From Desulfuromonas sp. (GTDB lineage Bacteria; Desulfobacterota; Desulfuromonadia; Desulfuromonadales; Geopsychrobacteraceae), in contig PKUG01000183.1 of the NCBI GenBank assembly GCA_002869665.1, positions 1 through 54,643 of the forward strand: a stretch of 54,643 nucleotides of DNA. Reading direction: 5' to 3'. Positions 19,541 through 28,061 of the stretch are shown here, piece by piece. Position numbers and translations under genes: made by a program. The notes below the pieces were generated by a model. That model did not search any database, was not told where the DNA came from, and saw only the letters and a program-made list of their open reading frames with translations. Within the stretch, counting starts at the first letter, position 1, and each line of letters starts with the position of its first letter.

Positions 19541-20008
19541 ATGGCCATTGAGGAAGGAAAAAAAGCCCCCGAGTTCTCTTTAAGCGGAAGCGACGGCAAG
19601 CTTCACACTCTGGCAGACTATGCCGGCAAGAAGTTGATTATTTATTTCTATCCCAAGGATAATACGCCGGGATGCACCAAGGAATCCTGTGCTTTCGGCG
19701 AGATGTACAATGAATTGCTGGCCATGGACGTCAACCTGCTCGGAGTCAGCAAGGACAGTCTTACAGCGCACGATAAATTCATCGACAAGTTCAACCTCCC
19801 CTTTACCCTGCTTTCCGATCCGGACAAGGTGATGTTGCAGGACTATTCGGCCTGGGGTGAGAAAAAGAATTACGGTAAGGTCAGCATGGGCACGATCCGC
19901 TCGACGGTCCTGATCGACAACGATGGCACCGTCATCAAGCACTGGCCGAACATCAAGAAAGCGGCTGAGCACCCGCAGCAGGTTCTCGAATTTCTCAAGG
20001 AGTTGTAG
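19541..20008 (+). CDS. bcp: Peroxiredoxin Bcp (thiol peroxidase)
   Basis: LIIYFYPKDNTPGCTKESCAF is the peroxidatic Cys motif; 155 aa. Confidence 0.92.
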   Translation: MAIEEGKKAPEFSLSGSDGKLHTLADYAGKKLIIYFYPKDNTPGCTKESCAFGEMYNELLAMDVNLLGVSKDSLTAHDKFIDKFNLPFTLLSDPDKVMLQDYSAWGEKKNYGKVSMGTIRSTVLIDNDGTVIKHWPNIKKAAEHPQQVLEFLKEL

Positions 20009-20497
20009 ATGAGTGACAAACTGGAAACGATCGCAAACTTTCTCGCTTTTCTCCAGCCCCAGATCGGTACGGAAATCCATGTCGGCCCCTGGCTGGAGAT
20101 CGACCAGGAGCGGATCGACCGCTTCGCCGAAGTCACCGGGGATCTTCAGTGGATCCATATCGATCCGGTTCGGGCTGCCAAGGAATCACCCTATGGCGCA
20201 ACCATTGCCCACGGCTACCTGACCCTGTCGCTGCTCCCGTTCCTGACCGAGAGCAACCATCCCGATTTTTTTCAGAAAAACTATCCGGGAATGAAGTACC
20301 GGGTGAACTACGGCCTGAATCGGGTCCGCTTTCCGGCACCGGTCAAGGTCGGTGCTAAAATCAGGGCCAGAACAACCATCCAGAGTGTCGAAGAACTGAG
20401 CGGCGCGGTACAGATCTGCTACCTGATCACAGTTGAGATTGAAGACGGTGCCAAACCGGCCTGCAGCGCCGAATTTCTCGCCCGCCTCTACCCCTGA
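20009..20497 (+). CDS. MaoC-like (R)-specific enoyl-CoA hydratase / hotdog-fold dehydratase
   Basis: FAEVTGDLQWIHIDPVRA..SPYGATIAHGYL is a MaoC dehydratase pattern. The ATG directly follows the bcp stop. Confidence 0.82.
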   Translation: MSDKLETIANFLAFLQPQIGTEIHVGPWLEIDQERIDRFAEVTGDLQWIHIDPVRAAKESPYGATIAHGYLTLSLLPFLTESNHPDFFQKNYPGMKYRVNYGLNRVRFPAPVKVGAKIRARTTIQSVEELSGAVQICYLITVEIEDGAKPACSAEFLARLYP

Positions 20498-20503
20498 ATT
20501 CCC

Positions 20504-20546
20504 AAAAAGAGAAGCCCCCGGTTTTGACCGGGGGCTTCTCTTTTGT
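20504..20546. terminator. Bidirectional terminator
   Basis: AAAAGAGAAGCCCCCGG TTTTGA CCGGGGGCTTCTCTTTT lies between convergent genes. Confidence 0.8.
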
Positions 20547-20569
20547 CCTTTTCATTTTCAACGCAGTCA

Positions 20570-21397
20570 TCATTCCTGCGTCACACGATAAATCCGGTCA
20601 TACACGCCATGCGGATCGAGTCCGTTCGCTGCACCGATCTCTTTCATCGTCTGTCCGGCGGCAGCGCTAATCCCCTCTTCGGCCAACCCAGCAACGATTT
20701 TCTGTGGATCAAGCCCATACATCTCGCACAGCGTTGCCAGCGTACGGTTGCCCGTCCCACCCGGTGGCGTCTCGGGCATCGCCTCTTTCTCCTCGCTGGC
20801 GACCGGCGGCCTCATGGTTTCATAGATCTGCTGCGGCGTCACATTGTTGCTTTCGGCGATCTCGGAGATGGTCTGCTCGTTCGATTCCACACGGATACCC
20901 GCAGTGCTCAGCGCTGCAAGTCCGGCATCCAGATCAACACCAACCTTGTTGGCAAAGTCGGCCAGTGGCGACATTTCCGCATGTCCATACGGGGGCTCAC
21001 CGTACTCCAGATTAGCTTTTTCGCTGATCGCCGCCCCGAGTTCGATGATCGAGCTCATCGGTGGAATCCCTGCCAGGGTGCCGAAAAAAACCACCAGGGT
21101 CAGAACCAGTGCGATATTGAAATCGGCCGTAAAGATCCGCAACTGTTTTGTTTTGCTCTTCATGTAGCTGATCATCGGCGTCCAGTTGTAAAAGATGTGA
21201 AGGATGATCGAAATCAGCAGCAGAACGCCAAGATTGATGTGAACTTCGCCCCAGTCTTCTTTGCTCAAGCTCCAGAGTTCGTAACCCGACCAGTAGGCGA
21301 CGCGACCGGCAGGAACAATGTAGAGAATGATGCTGGTCATCATCAGCAGAACGAAAGAAATCAGGGCGGTCAGTGAAGTAATCTTACGCATATTCAT
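20570..21397 (-). CDS. DUF4405-type membrane protein with two copies of a roughly 50-aa soluble C-terminal module
   Basis: The N-terminal 4-TM region has conserved His residues (..WGEVHINLGVLLLISIILHIFYNW..). The C-terminus carries two related modules (ADFANKVGVDLDAGLAAL.. and LATLCEMYGLDPQKIVAGL..). It is a paralog of the 44592-45089 gene. Confidence 0.65.
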   Translation of the reverse strand: MNMRKITSLTALISFVLLMMTSIILYIVPAGRVAYWSGYELWSLSKEDWGEVHINLGVLLLISIILHIFYNWTPMISYMKSKTKQLRIFTADFNIALVLTLVVFFGTLAGIPPMSSIIELGAAISEKANLEYGEPPYGHAEMSPLADFANKVGVDLDAGLAALSTAGIRVESNEQTISEIAESNNVTPQQIYETMRPPVASEEKEAMPETPPGGTGNRTLATLCEMYGLDPQKIVAGLAEEGISAAAGQTMKEIGAANGLDPHGVYDRIYRVTQE

Positions 21398-21591
21398 AAG
21401 CACAGGGCTCCTTCTTTTGTGAGGTGGCGGGACTATAGCAACATTTCCGCCCGGAGGTTGTTAAGTTTTGTAAAAAAAGGATAAGTGAACTTTGCATACG
21501 CGGAGAAGAGGGGGAGGAGGTGATTCACGTTCATTCAGAAGGGGGGAAAGGGCATAAATTAACGGCAGGGAAAGGAGGATTTCATTCTGAA

Positions 21592-22128
21592 TCAGAGAAG
21601 ATCGAGCATTCCTCCACAATGACGATGAGTATAGCTGCGGGTCCGGTTCAAACGCCTGACCCGGTAAAATTCAAAGCCGCAGGTCCGGCAGACTGCAACC
21701 AGCTTCAGCCGTCGTTCATGTAACTCTTTGAGCGCGGCACTCTCCCCCGTTCGAACCGGCTCGATAGCGAGTTCTCTGGCCCAGCGTCGCCATTCCGAAC
21801 CATGGGCACGCGGCCGCCGGCGCCCGGGTTTCCGGGACAGGTGTTCACAGGCGTGCGCAACCTCGTGCAAAAAGGTTTTCGGCAATGAGTCCACTTCCTG
21901 AGCATACTGCAGACGGATACAGACCGGCACATCCCCCCGAGAAACATACAGCCCCAGACAGCGGGTAGCCCGACTCGAGACCACGGGAATCTGCCCCAGG
22001 CGTTCGAGAAACGGAACCGGCTCGCTAACCAGGCTCGCGACCGCACCAACGATGCGCTGCCAGAGTTCCAAATTTTCAGCCAATTGCTGCAGGGTTGTCG
22101 CTTTGATTCCGCTCAAAAAAACTCGCAA
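21592..22128 (-). CDS. SprT-like zinc metalloprotease-domain protein
   Basis: HExxH is present as FLHEVAHACEH, and the C-terminal zinc-ribbon-like segment reads CRTCGFEF...HRHCGG. Confidence 0.65.
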   Translation of the reverse strand: MRVFLSGIKATTLQQLAENLELWQRIVGAVASLVSEPVPFLERLGQIPVVSSRATRCLGLYVSRGDVPVCIRLQYAQEVDSLPKTFLHEVAHACEHLSRKPGRRRPRAHGSEWRRWARELAIEPVRTGESAALKELHERRLKLVAVCRTCGFEFYRVRRLNRTRSYTHRHCGGMLDLL

Positions 22129-22197
22129 GATCCTGTTGAAGACAAGAAAAAAGCCACAGGCATTAACCCGTGGCTCACAAAACAGCTGATAGACAAA

Positions 22198-22626
22198 CTA
22201 GCCGATAGCCATCAATTCAAGGTCGAAGTTCAGTGCCTTCCCGGCCATCGGGTGGTTGGCATCGAGGACAATCGCGTTCTCGTCCACAGCCTTGACCGTC
22301 AAAATCATCGGTGTGCCGTCTTCCAGTTGGGTTTGAAACTGCTGCCCGACTTCGGGAGTCAGACCGGTCTCAAACTGATCGGGCGAAGCGTTGATCACCA
22401 TCTCCTCGTTATAGGGGCCATAGGCCTCATCCTCTTCCAGACGAATTTTTTTGGTCTCACCCACCTGCATTCCAAGCACGGCTTTATCGAAACCGGGGAT
22501 AACCTGCCCCGCGCCGGCCTCGAACTCGAAAGGATCGGCATTGCGCGAGGAGTCGAAAACCTCGCCATCGTCGAAGGTACCGGTGTAATGCAGTTTGATC
22601 CGGTCTCCCGGGGTTACAACTTTCAT
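22198..22626 (-). CDS. slyD: FKBP-type peptidyl-prolyl cis-trans isomerase (SlyD-like, no His-rich tail)
   Basis: MKVVTPGDRIKLHYTGTFDDGEVFDSS..., GAGQVIPGFDKAVLGM and an IF-domain insert are present. Confidence 0.9.
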   Translation of the reverse strand: MKVVTPGDRIKLHYTGTFDDGEVFDSSRNADPFEFEAGAGQVIPGFDKAVLGMQVGETKKIRLEEDEAYGPYNEEMVINASPDQFETGLTPEVGQQFQTQLEDGTPMILTVKAVDENAIVLDANHPMAGKALNFDLELMAIG

Positions 22627-22788
22627 GATGACTCCTGTCGTGAATAATTTTAAATTCTGCTGGATACCCAGCGGATTCAGGGTTCAGACTGCCATGTCCA
22701 TGACAATAAGGCAACCCCCCCCGGCTCAATATCGAAGAGTCCGGGCAAAGTGAGATAGCGCAAAGTAAAGGAGAAAAGGACAATTCTT

Positions 22789-22962
22789 ATGGAGGAAAAC
22801 CGGGAACAACCCTGCTGTGCTGTTTGCGCACAACCTCTTAGTGAAGAGGAAATCGAGATCTGCGCCAAGCAAGCCGGACGCTTTGACAACAAACTGCTGT
22901 GCTTCGCCCACCAGCGCTTGTTTTGCGGCTGTCCGGGGGTCCGAGGCCAGAAACTACCCTAG
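22789..22962 (+). CDS. Hypothetical Cys-rich small protein (57 aa, not in the supplied ORF track)
   Basis: The ATG is preceded by AAGGAGAAAAGGA. Translation: MEENREQPCCAVCAQPLSEEEIEICAKQAGRFDNKLLCFAHQRLFCGCPGVRGQKLP, with 7 Cys and 1 His. It overlaps the convergent nitroreductase gene by 4 nt. Confidence 0.35.
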   Translation: MEENREQPCCAVCAQPLSEEEIEICAKQAGRFDNKLLCFAHQRLFCGCPGVRGQKLP

Positions 22963-23498
22963 CAGAGCGACTCGGAACTGCGGAAGCTATTCAAATGAAG
23001 CTTGTTTCTCTTGAGCGTCTCGCTGCCATGGCCGGCCTTATTTTCATCCGGATAGCCGATGGCAATAACGATCGGAACTTCCATCCCGGCAGGCAAGTCG
23101 AGCAGACTCCGGACAAACTCACTGGCGCTCTCATCCCCGGAGTGGGGGCGTAAGCGCAACTGAGCCCAGCAACTCTTGAGCCCCAACTCTTCAGCTGCCA
23201 GCTGAACAATGATCGCGGCAATCGCGCAATCCTCGATCCAGACATCAGACACCTCCGGGTTGGCAGCGACAACCACGGCGAGGGGAGCGGTGGCAAAGAA
23301 AGCTGTACCGTGAAGTTTGGCCGTAGCCAACGACATCAGTTTGTCCCGGTCGTCGACAAGAACAAATTCGCAAGGCTGAAGGTTTCGTGATGTCGGCGCA
23401 CGCAGCAGCGCTTCCTGGAGCAGGTCAACCTTCTCCGGGTCAACCCCCTCAGCAGAAAATTTACGTATACTTCTGCGCTCGCGCAGTAAATCCAGCAT
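22959..23498 (-). CDS. Nitroreductase-family protein
   Basis: MLDLLRERRSIRKF is the classic nitroreductase N-terminus. The start was set at ATG 23498. Confidence 0.85.
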   Translation of the reverse strand: MLDLLRERRSIRKFSAEGVDPEKVDLLQEALLRAPTSRNLQPCEFVLVDDRDKLMSLATAKLHGTAFFATAPLAVVVAANPEVSDVWIEDCAIAAIIVQLAAEELGLKSCWAQLRLRPHSGDESASEFVRSLLDLPAGMEVPIVIAIGYPDENKAGHGSETLKRNKLHLNSFRSSESLC

Positions 23499-23512
23499 TG
23501 GAACCTTCTCTT

Positions 23513-23860
23513 CTATTTGCGCCGGGTTGAGACCCGGTCGATCAATCCGTAAACCGTATCCAGCATATCCGAAGTGTCGCAATTGGTCTGCTGAACGATG
23601 CCGAGCATGAAATTTTCGATCGGAAAAACATAAAAATCACTACTGTCCGCACGCCCGAAGCAGATGTGCTGACAATCGGAGCAACCGATCATACGCATCA
23701 GACTGTCGGCCTCTTTGCGCCCGGCCGCCATCAGCGACGCATAGGTTGCTGCGTCTTCAAGAGTCTGATCGATCAGGGTTCCGTCCGTTTTCATCAACAG
23801 ACAGCCGGCGACACCCTCAATTTTATCGATTCGTGCGACGAAATCTTTTGCAGTTGCCAT
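23513..23860 (-). CDS. Roadblock/LC7 (MglB-like) domain protein
   Basis: IDKIEGVAGCLLMKTDGTLIDQTLED..YASLMAAG fits the Robl/LC7 pattern. It is the last gene of the HK-RR operon. Confidence 0.6.
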   Translation of the reverse strand: MATAKDFVARIDKIEGVAGCLLMKTDGTLIDQTLEDAATYASLMAAGRKEADSLMRMIGCSDCQHICFGRADSSDFYVFPIENFMLGIVQQTNCDTSDMLDTVYGLIDRVSTRRK

Positions 23861-23976
23861 ACAGCTTACCTTTCTGAGAATCCGCAGGGTCACCACCGGA
23901 GCAGATCGTCCGGCGGACTAAAAGCCCGTCGTGCCGGCGAAAAAACGAATGGCAACGAGCCCCTGACCTGCTCTTA

Positions 23977-25062
23977 TCAGTCGAGCGCCCGATCGATCTC
24001 CTTAAGCAACAGGCGCGGCTGGGTTCCCGGTTTGATCTTGGAGATAACGCTCTTCCCCTGGCTGCGGAACAGCAGGAAACGGTTACGGCTACCGGCGTGG
24101 AGAACAATGGAACGATAGGCGCCGCAGCCGAGGTCTTCCGTCAGTGCCTCGGCAATTTCTTCAAAAACCGCCGGATTGATATGCGTCAGCGAACAGTTAC
24201 GGCTGCTTTTGCTCGCCGGTTCGCCCGGATTGTCAAACACCGCAAAGCCCACAACCGGAGGCATCTTTTCCAGCGCCGCGACAAGTGGATCGTCATCGCC
24301 ACCAGCCGGTGCAGCAGCAGCCGCAGGTGCAGCAGACTGTTCCTTGGCAGCTTCCTGGCCACCGGCACGCTCCTGCTCAGCCGCTTCGTCCTTGATCCGG
24401 AAAGACTCCATCAGGACATGCTCGAGCGACATCTGGATTTTATCTTCCTGGCGCCGACAGACACCGTCCATCTCGATTTCGGCATCGTCCCAACTGACAA
24501 TTTCCAACGCCGCCGGCATCCCGGAGAGTTTGCCGCACTCGGCATCAATCAGATCACCACGGCGCAGGAACAGGTAAGCAGGCTTCCCCTCTTCAGAGAG
24601 AACCTTGAGCGTGCAGGTTTTCTGCTCAGCCTTAACCAGTTGCAGGAAGGTCGCCAGGGTGATCCCACGGATAAAACTCTTCTCGACGACATTCAGACCG
24701 TTGATGATCCCCTCTTCCAGCATCTGCAGATCAAGCGGCTTTTCCAGGAACTGCAGGGTATCCATCTGTTTGCAACGCGCCTCGATCTCCGGGGTTCCGA
24801 ACGCCGTCATAACGATGACCGGCAGCTGCGGAAGATATTTGCCGACCCAGGCCAACAGCTCAAAGCCGTTCATTTCGGGCATCTTCAGGTCGGTCACCAG
24901 CAGATCGATCGCCGTCTTGCGCAGCACCTCGACCGCCTCACGACCATTGTGAGCAGTTACGACTTCAAACTTGTCCTTGTGCTTCTGGAGTCCGTCCTTG
25001 AGGGACAACAGAAATGATTTCTCATCGTCGACAATCAGAATTTTTTTCACAATATCACCCAT
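23977..25062 (-). CDS. Response regulator: REC + DUF4388/PATAN-like + Ala-rich linker + Roadblock-like C-terminus
   Basis: The REC domain reads KILIVDDEKS..DLLVTDLKMPEMNG. The DUF4388-like block reads GITLATFLQLVKAEQKTCTLKVLSE..GDLIDAECGKLSGMPAALEIVSW. The C-terminal segment VVGFAVFDNPGE.. resembles Robl. Confidence 0.8.
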   Translation of the reverse strand: MGDIVKKILIVDDEKSFLLSLKDGLQKHKDKFEVVTAHNGREAVEVLRKTAIDLLVTDLKMPEMNGFELLAWVGKYLPQLPVIVMTAFGTPEIEARCKQMDTLQFLEKPLDLQMLEEGIINGLNVVEKSFIRGITLATFLQLVKAEQKTCTLKVLSEEGKPAYLFLRRGDLIDAECGKLSGMPAALEIVSWDDAEIEMDGVCRRQEDKIQMSLEHVLMESFRIKDEAAEQERAGGQEAAKEQSAAPAAAAAPAGGDDDPLVAALEKMPPVVGFAVFDNPGEPASKSSRNCSLTHINPAVFEEIAEALTEDLGCGAYRSIVLHAGSRNRFLLFRSQGKSVISKIKPGTQPRLLLKEIDRALD

Positions 25063-25088
25063 TAGATCATGCTAGCGAAGCGCCTGTT

Positions 25089-26162
25089 TCAATTACGCCG
25101 TCTGCTCTTGGCAGCAAACGGCAGCCTGATGGTCACCTGTGTACCGCAATCGGCACGGCTGCTGACACTGATATCACTGTTCATCATGGCCAGCAGCTTG
25201 CGTGAAATTACCATGCCGAGGCCCGTTCCATTGACCTTGCTGGTATTGAAAGGCTGGAACAGGTATTTCATATTCTCCGGCGAGATCCCGCAGCCGTTGT
25301 CACTGACACTCAACCAGACCAGTCCGCCGCGCGCTTCGGCGCTGACGCTGATGGTCGGTTCTTCCTGGTTCGCCAGGGCGTCCGCCGCATTACCGAAAAC
25401 ATTCAGTAACGCCTGGTGCAGCGCCCGTTCATCGATCCTCACCTGCGAAATGTGGCGCGGGATGTCGGTCACGATCCGGATGCCACGAGAAAGGAAATCT
25501 CGCTCGACCAGAGTGATGAAGCGCTCCATGAACTCGGACAGGGAGATGTCCTTGAGCTCGACATTATCGTACATGCTGAAGGTTTTCAACGACTTCAGCA
25601 GGTATTCGACACGCCCGATATCGGCCAGTCCGCGTTCAAGATATTCACCGAGCATCTCCGGCGACGCGGTTGCCAGGTTCGACTTGAGAACACTCAGAGT
25701 CATCTTGAGCGAGTTCAGCGGATTGCCGATCTCATGGCGGATCCCGGAAAAGATAAAGCCGATATTCTCCATCGTGTTGACCGCCTGGGCGATCGATTCC
25801 AGCCGCACCTTTTCGGTGATGTCACGGACAAAGATACAGCAATAGCGTGAAGCAACCTGGTAAACCGAGTAACCGAGCAGGCGCCCCTTGTACGTCAACT
25901 GGTTGGAAACGCAAGCCCCTTCGGCGAAGCAGATCTGGTTCTCTAGCGCGCCGATGAAAAAGTCGTGCAGACGCTTGAAATCAGTACACAGCCGCCCCTC
26001 CTGCAAAACATCGGAAAATGCCGGATTACAATAATCGATCGCCTTTTCCTCCAGATCGAGAACCATGATTCCGACGTCCAGATGTTCCAGCAGCTGGGAG
26101 AATCCCCAGGTGTTGTGCAAAGGCTCATTCCTTTCGCATGCTTCCAGCTTGTTCTGCGCCAT
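25089..26162 (-). CDS. Cytoplasmic sensor histidine kinase (PAS-like + HisKA + HATPase)
   Basis: H-box GIRHEIGNPLNSL, N-box LLNVFGNAADA, and G-boxes DNGCGI and GTGLGMVISRKL. No TM segments are apparent. Confidence 0.88.
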   Translation of the reverse strand: MAQNKLEACERNEPLHNTWGFSQLLEHLDVGIMVLDLEEKAIDYCNPAFSDVLQEGRLCTDFKRLHDFFIGALENQICFAEGACVSNQLTYKGRLLGYSVYQVASRYCCIFVRDITEKVRLESIAQAVNTMENIGFIFSGIRHEIGNPLNSLKMTLSVLKSNLATASPEMLGEYLERGLADIGRVEYLLKSLKTFSMYDNVELKDISLSEFMERFITLVERDFLSRGIRIVTDIPRHISQVRIDERALHQALLNVFGNAADALANQEEPTISVSAEARGGLVWLSVSDNGCGISPENMKYLFQPFNTSKVNGTGLGMVISRKLLAMMNSDISVSSRADCGTQVTIRLPFAAKSRRRN

Positions 26163-26264
26163 GATGAAGCACTCCCTCCCAGCAACCCAAGGAAAATTCA
26201 GTGCAGACCATTATAGCAACCAGACTAATTAATTCAAGAATCCTAATTTCCACCAAATCGCAGT

Positions 26265-26738
26265 TCAACTATCTGCGGGAGCGCAGATTTCAGCCACTTC
26301 GGCGCCGGTCAACTCCTTGAGCTGCTCCAGAGTCACCGGAACGGCGGAATGACTGCTGCCGCCAGCGGCATAGACAACCGGAAAGCGTGCCAGCGAAGCG
26401 TCCAGTCGAACCGGCAGGTCGGCGGGCAACAGAAACGGACAGACGCCGCCCGGTGCGTAGCCGGTATAACGGATCACATCCTCGGCCTCAGGGAGTTTCA
26501 CCTTCCCCGAAAGCGAAAACGCTTTCTTCAACGGCGAACTCTTGACCTTCATATACCCACAGGTGACAACAGCAACCGGGTTGCCTCCAACCATAAACAG
26601 CAGGGTTTTGGCAATCTCGGCGACCGTGCAGCCGACAGCCGCAGCGGCTGTCGCCGACGTCGCTGTTTCCTGCTCATATTCCCACAACTCGATCCCGCAC
26701 TCGGCGAGATACGCCTTGAGTTCCGCGACCTCGGCCAT
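26265..26738 (-). CDS. YbaK/EbsC-family aminoacyl-tRNA deacylase
   Basis: YbaK pattern (..TLLFMVGGNPVAVV..GYAPGGVCPF..). The start was set at MAEVAELK (ATG 26738). Confidence 0.75.
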   Translation of the reverse strand: MAEVAELKAYLAECGIELWEYEQETATSATAAAAVGCTVAEIAKTLLFMVGGNPVAVVTCGYMKVKSSPLKKAFSLSGKVKLPEAEDVIRYTGYAPGGVCPFLLPADLPVRLDASLARFPVVYAAGGSSHSAVPVTLEQLKELTGAEVAEICAPADS

Positions 26739-26742
26739 TCCC

Positions 26743-28002
26743 TTACCCCGCCCGCTGCGCCAGTAACTCCTGCGCTTCACGGGCCAGGGCCGGATCGAGG
26801 CGCGGGTCATCGGCGACCTTGCGCAACAGCTTCAGACCGTCCTTGTTCCATTTGCGCGCCATATAGGTCTGGGCGACCCGTAACTGCCAGCGCGGGTTAT
26901 CCGGCTCCTGGCGACAGGCGCCGTTAAAGGTATCGAGGATCTTGCCCAGCTCACGCCCGTGCCGCAGATAAAACTCAGCCAGCGGCAGGCTGATCGCGCT
27001 GCCTCCGCAACCGGATGACGGGACACGCTTGAGGATCGCCTCGGCCTTTTTGTCATCACCTGTGCGCTCGACGATAGCCGCCGCCTGCATCAGGAAATTC
27101 GGGTCGCTGTTACCGGCTGCCAACCCCGCATCGGCCTGCTCGACCGCCGACTCCAGTTGCCCCTGGCGCGCATAAAGCTGCATCAACTGGGCATGGCAGT
27201 AGGCCGGATTGATCCCCTGGGCCAGCCCCTGCTGCAGGAGCGTCTCCGCCTCGGCAAAAGCTTTCAGACCGATGAGGACAGGGATCAGGGCGTCAAGGGC
27301 AAACAGGAAACCCGGTTGTACCGAAAGAGCCTTTTCCAGTAACTTCCTGGCCTTGGCGAGCTGTCCCGCGCGGGCCAGCAGCGAGCCGAATTCAAACGCG
27401 TAGAGTTCATCCCGCTCAGCCACCAGAACCTTGTCCCAAAGCTTCCGCGCCTCTTTGTCTTCACCCGAGTGGGAAAGAAGAAAGGCTTCGCGGAACAGCG
27501 CACTCTTGGCCAGATAACGCTCGGCAAGCTCAGGCGGATAGGAGGTCAGAATCAGCTCCAGCTGCAATTCCTCATCATCCGGGGCAACAAACTCATCGGA
27601 CATGACCGGTGTCGCACAGGAGGCACAGGAGGCCGCCTGCACCGGTTTGGCGGCCTTGGGAACCTGCGGCACGACGGGAGCGTCGCTGTCTGCAAACGCC
27701 TCAATCTCGGCCCGCAGTTCGGGGTCGCAAACCTGCTCCAGAGCCAGCTGAATATGATCGACGGCCTGTTCTTCACGCCCGCAGGCGCGCTGCCCCCGGG
27801 CCTCATCAAAATTCATCCGTGCCAGGCAATCACCGGCCTCGGCGCAAAGCCGGGCGATCTCTTCCGCGTCACCAGCTTCGGGGCTTTTAGCGAGCAGTTC
27901 GTCACCGATCAAACGTGCGTCTGCGTAACGCTTATCCTTAACGGCCTTGCGCAGGCCCTCGATATTGCTTCCACCGCCAAACAGTTTTGCAAAAAATCCC
28001 AT
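26743..28002 (-). CDS. TPR-repeat protein
   Basis: The 419-aa ORF has multiple 34-aa helical repeats (A..Y...G....A...). No enzymatic motif was seen. Confidence 0.7.
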   Translation of the reverse strand: MGFFAKLFGGGSNIEGLRKAVKDKRYADARLIGDELLAKSPEAGDAEEIARLCAEAGDCLARMNFDEARGQRACGREEQAVDHIQLALEQVCDPELRAEIEAFADSDAPVVPQVPKAAKPVQAASCASCATPVMSDEFVAPDDEELQLELILTSYPPELAERYLAKSALFREAFLLSHSGEDKEARKLWDKVLVAERDELYAFEFGSLLARAGQLAKARKLLEKALSVQPGFLFALDALIPVLIGLKAFAEAETLLQQGLAQGINPAYCHAQLMQLYARQGQLESAVEQADAGLAAGNSDPNFLMQAAAIVERTGDDKKAEAILKRVPSSGCGGSAISLPLAEFYLRHGRELGKILDTFNGACRQEPDNPRWQLRVAQTYMARKWNKDGLKLLRKVADDPRLDPALAREAQELLAQRAG

Positions 28003-28061
28003 CTAGCCCTTCCTTCTTTCCTGATTTTGTCTGTCATGCGCCCGGAACCCCGGCGCTGTTG

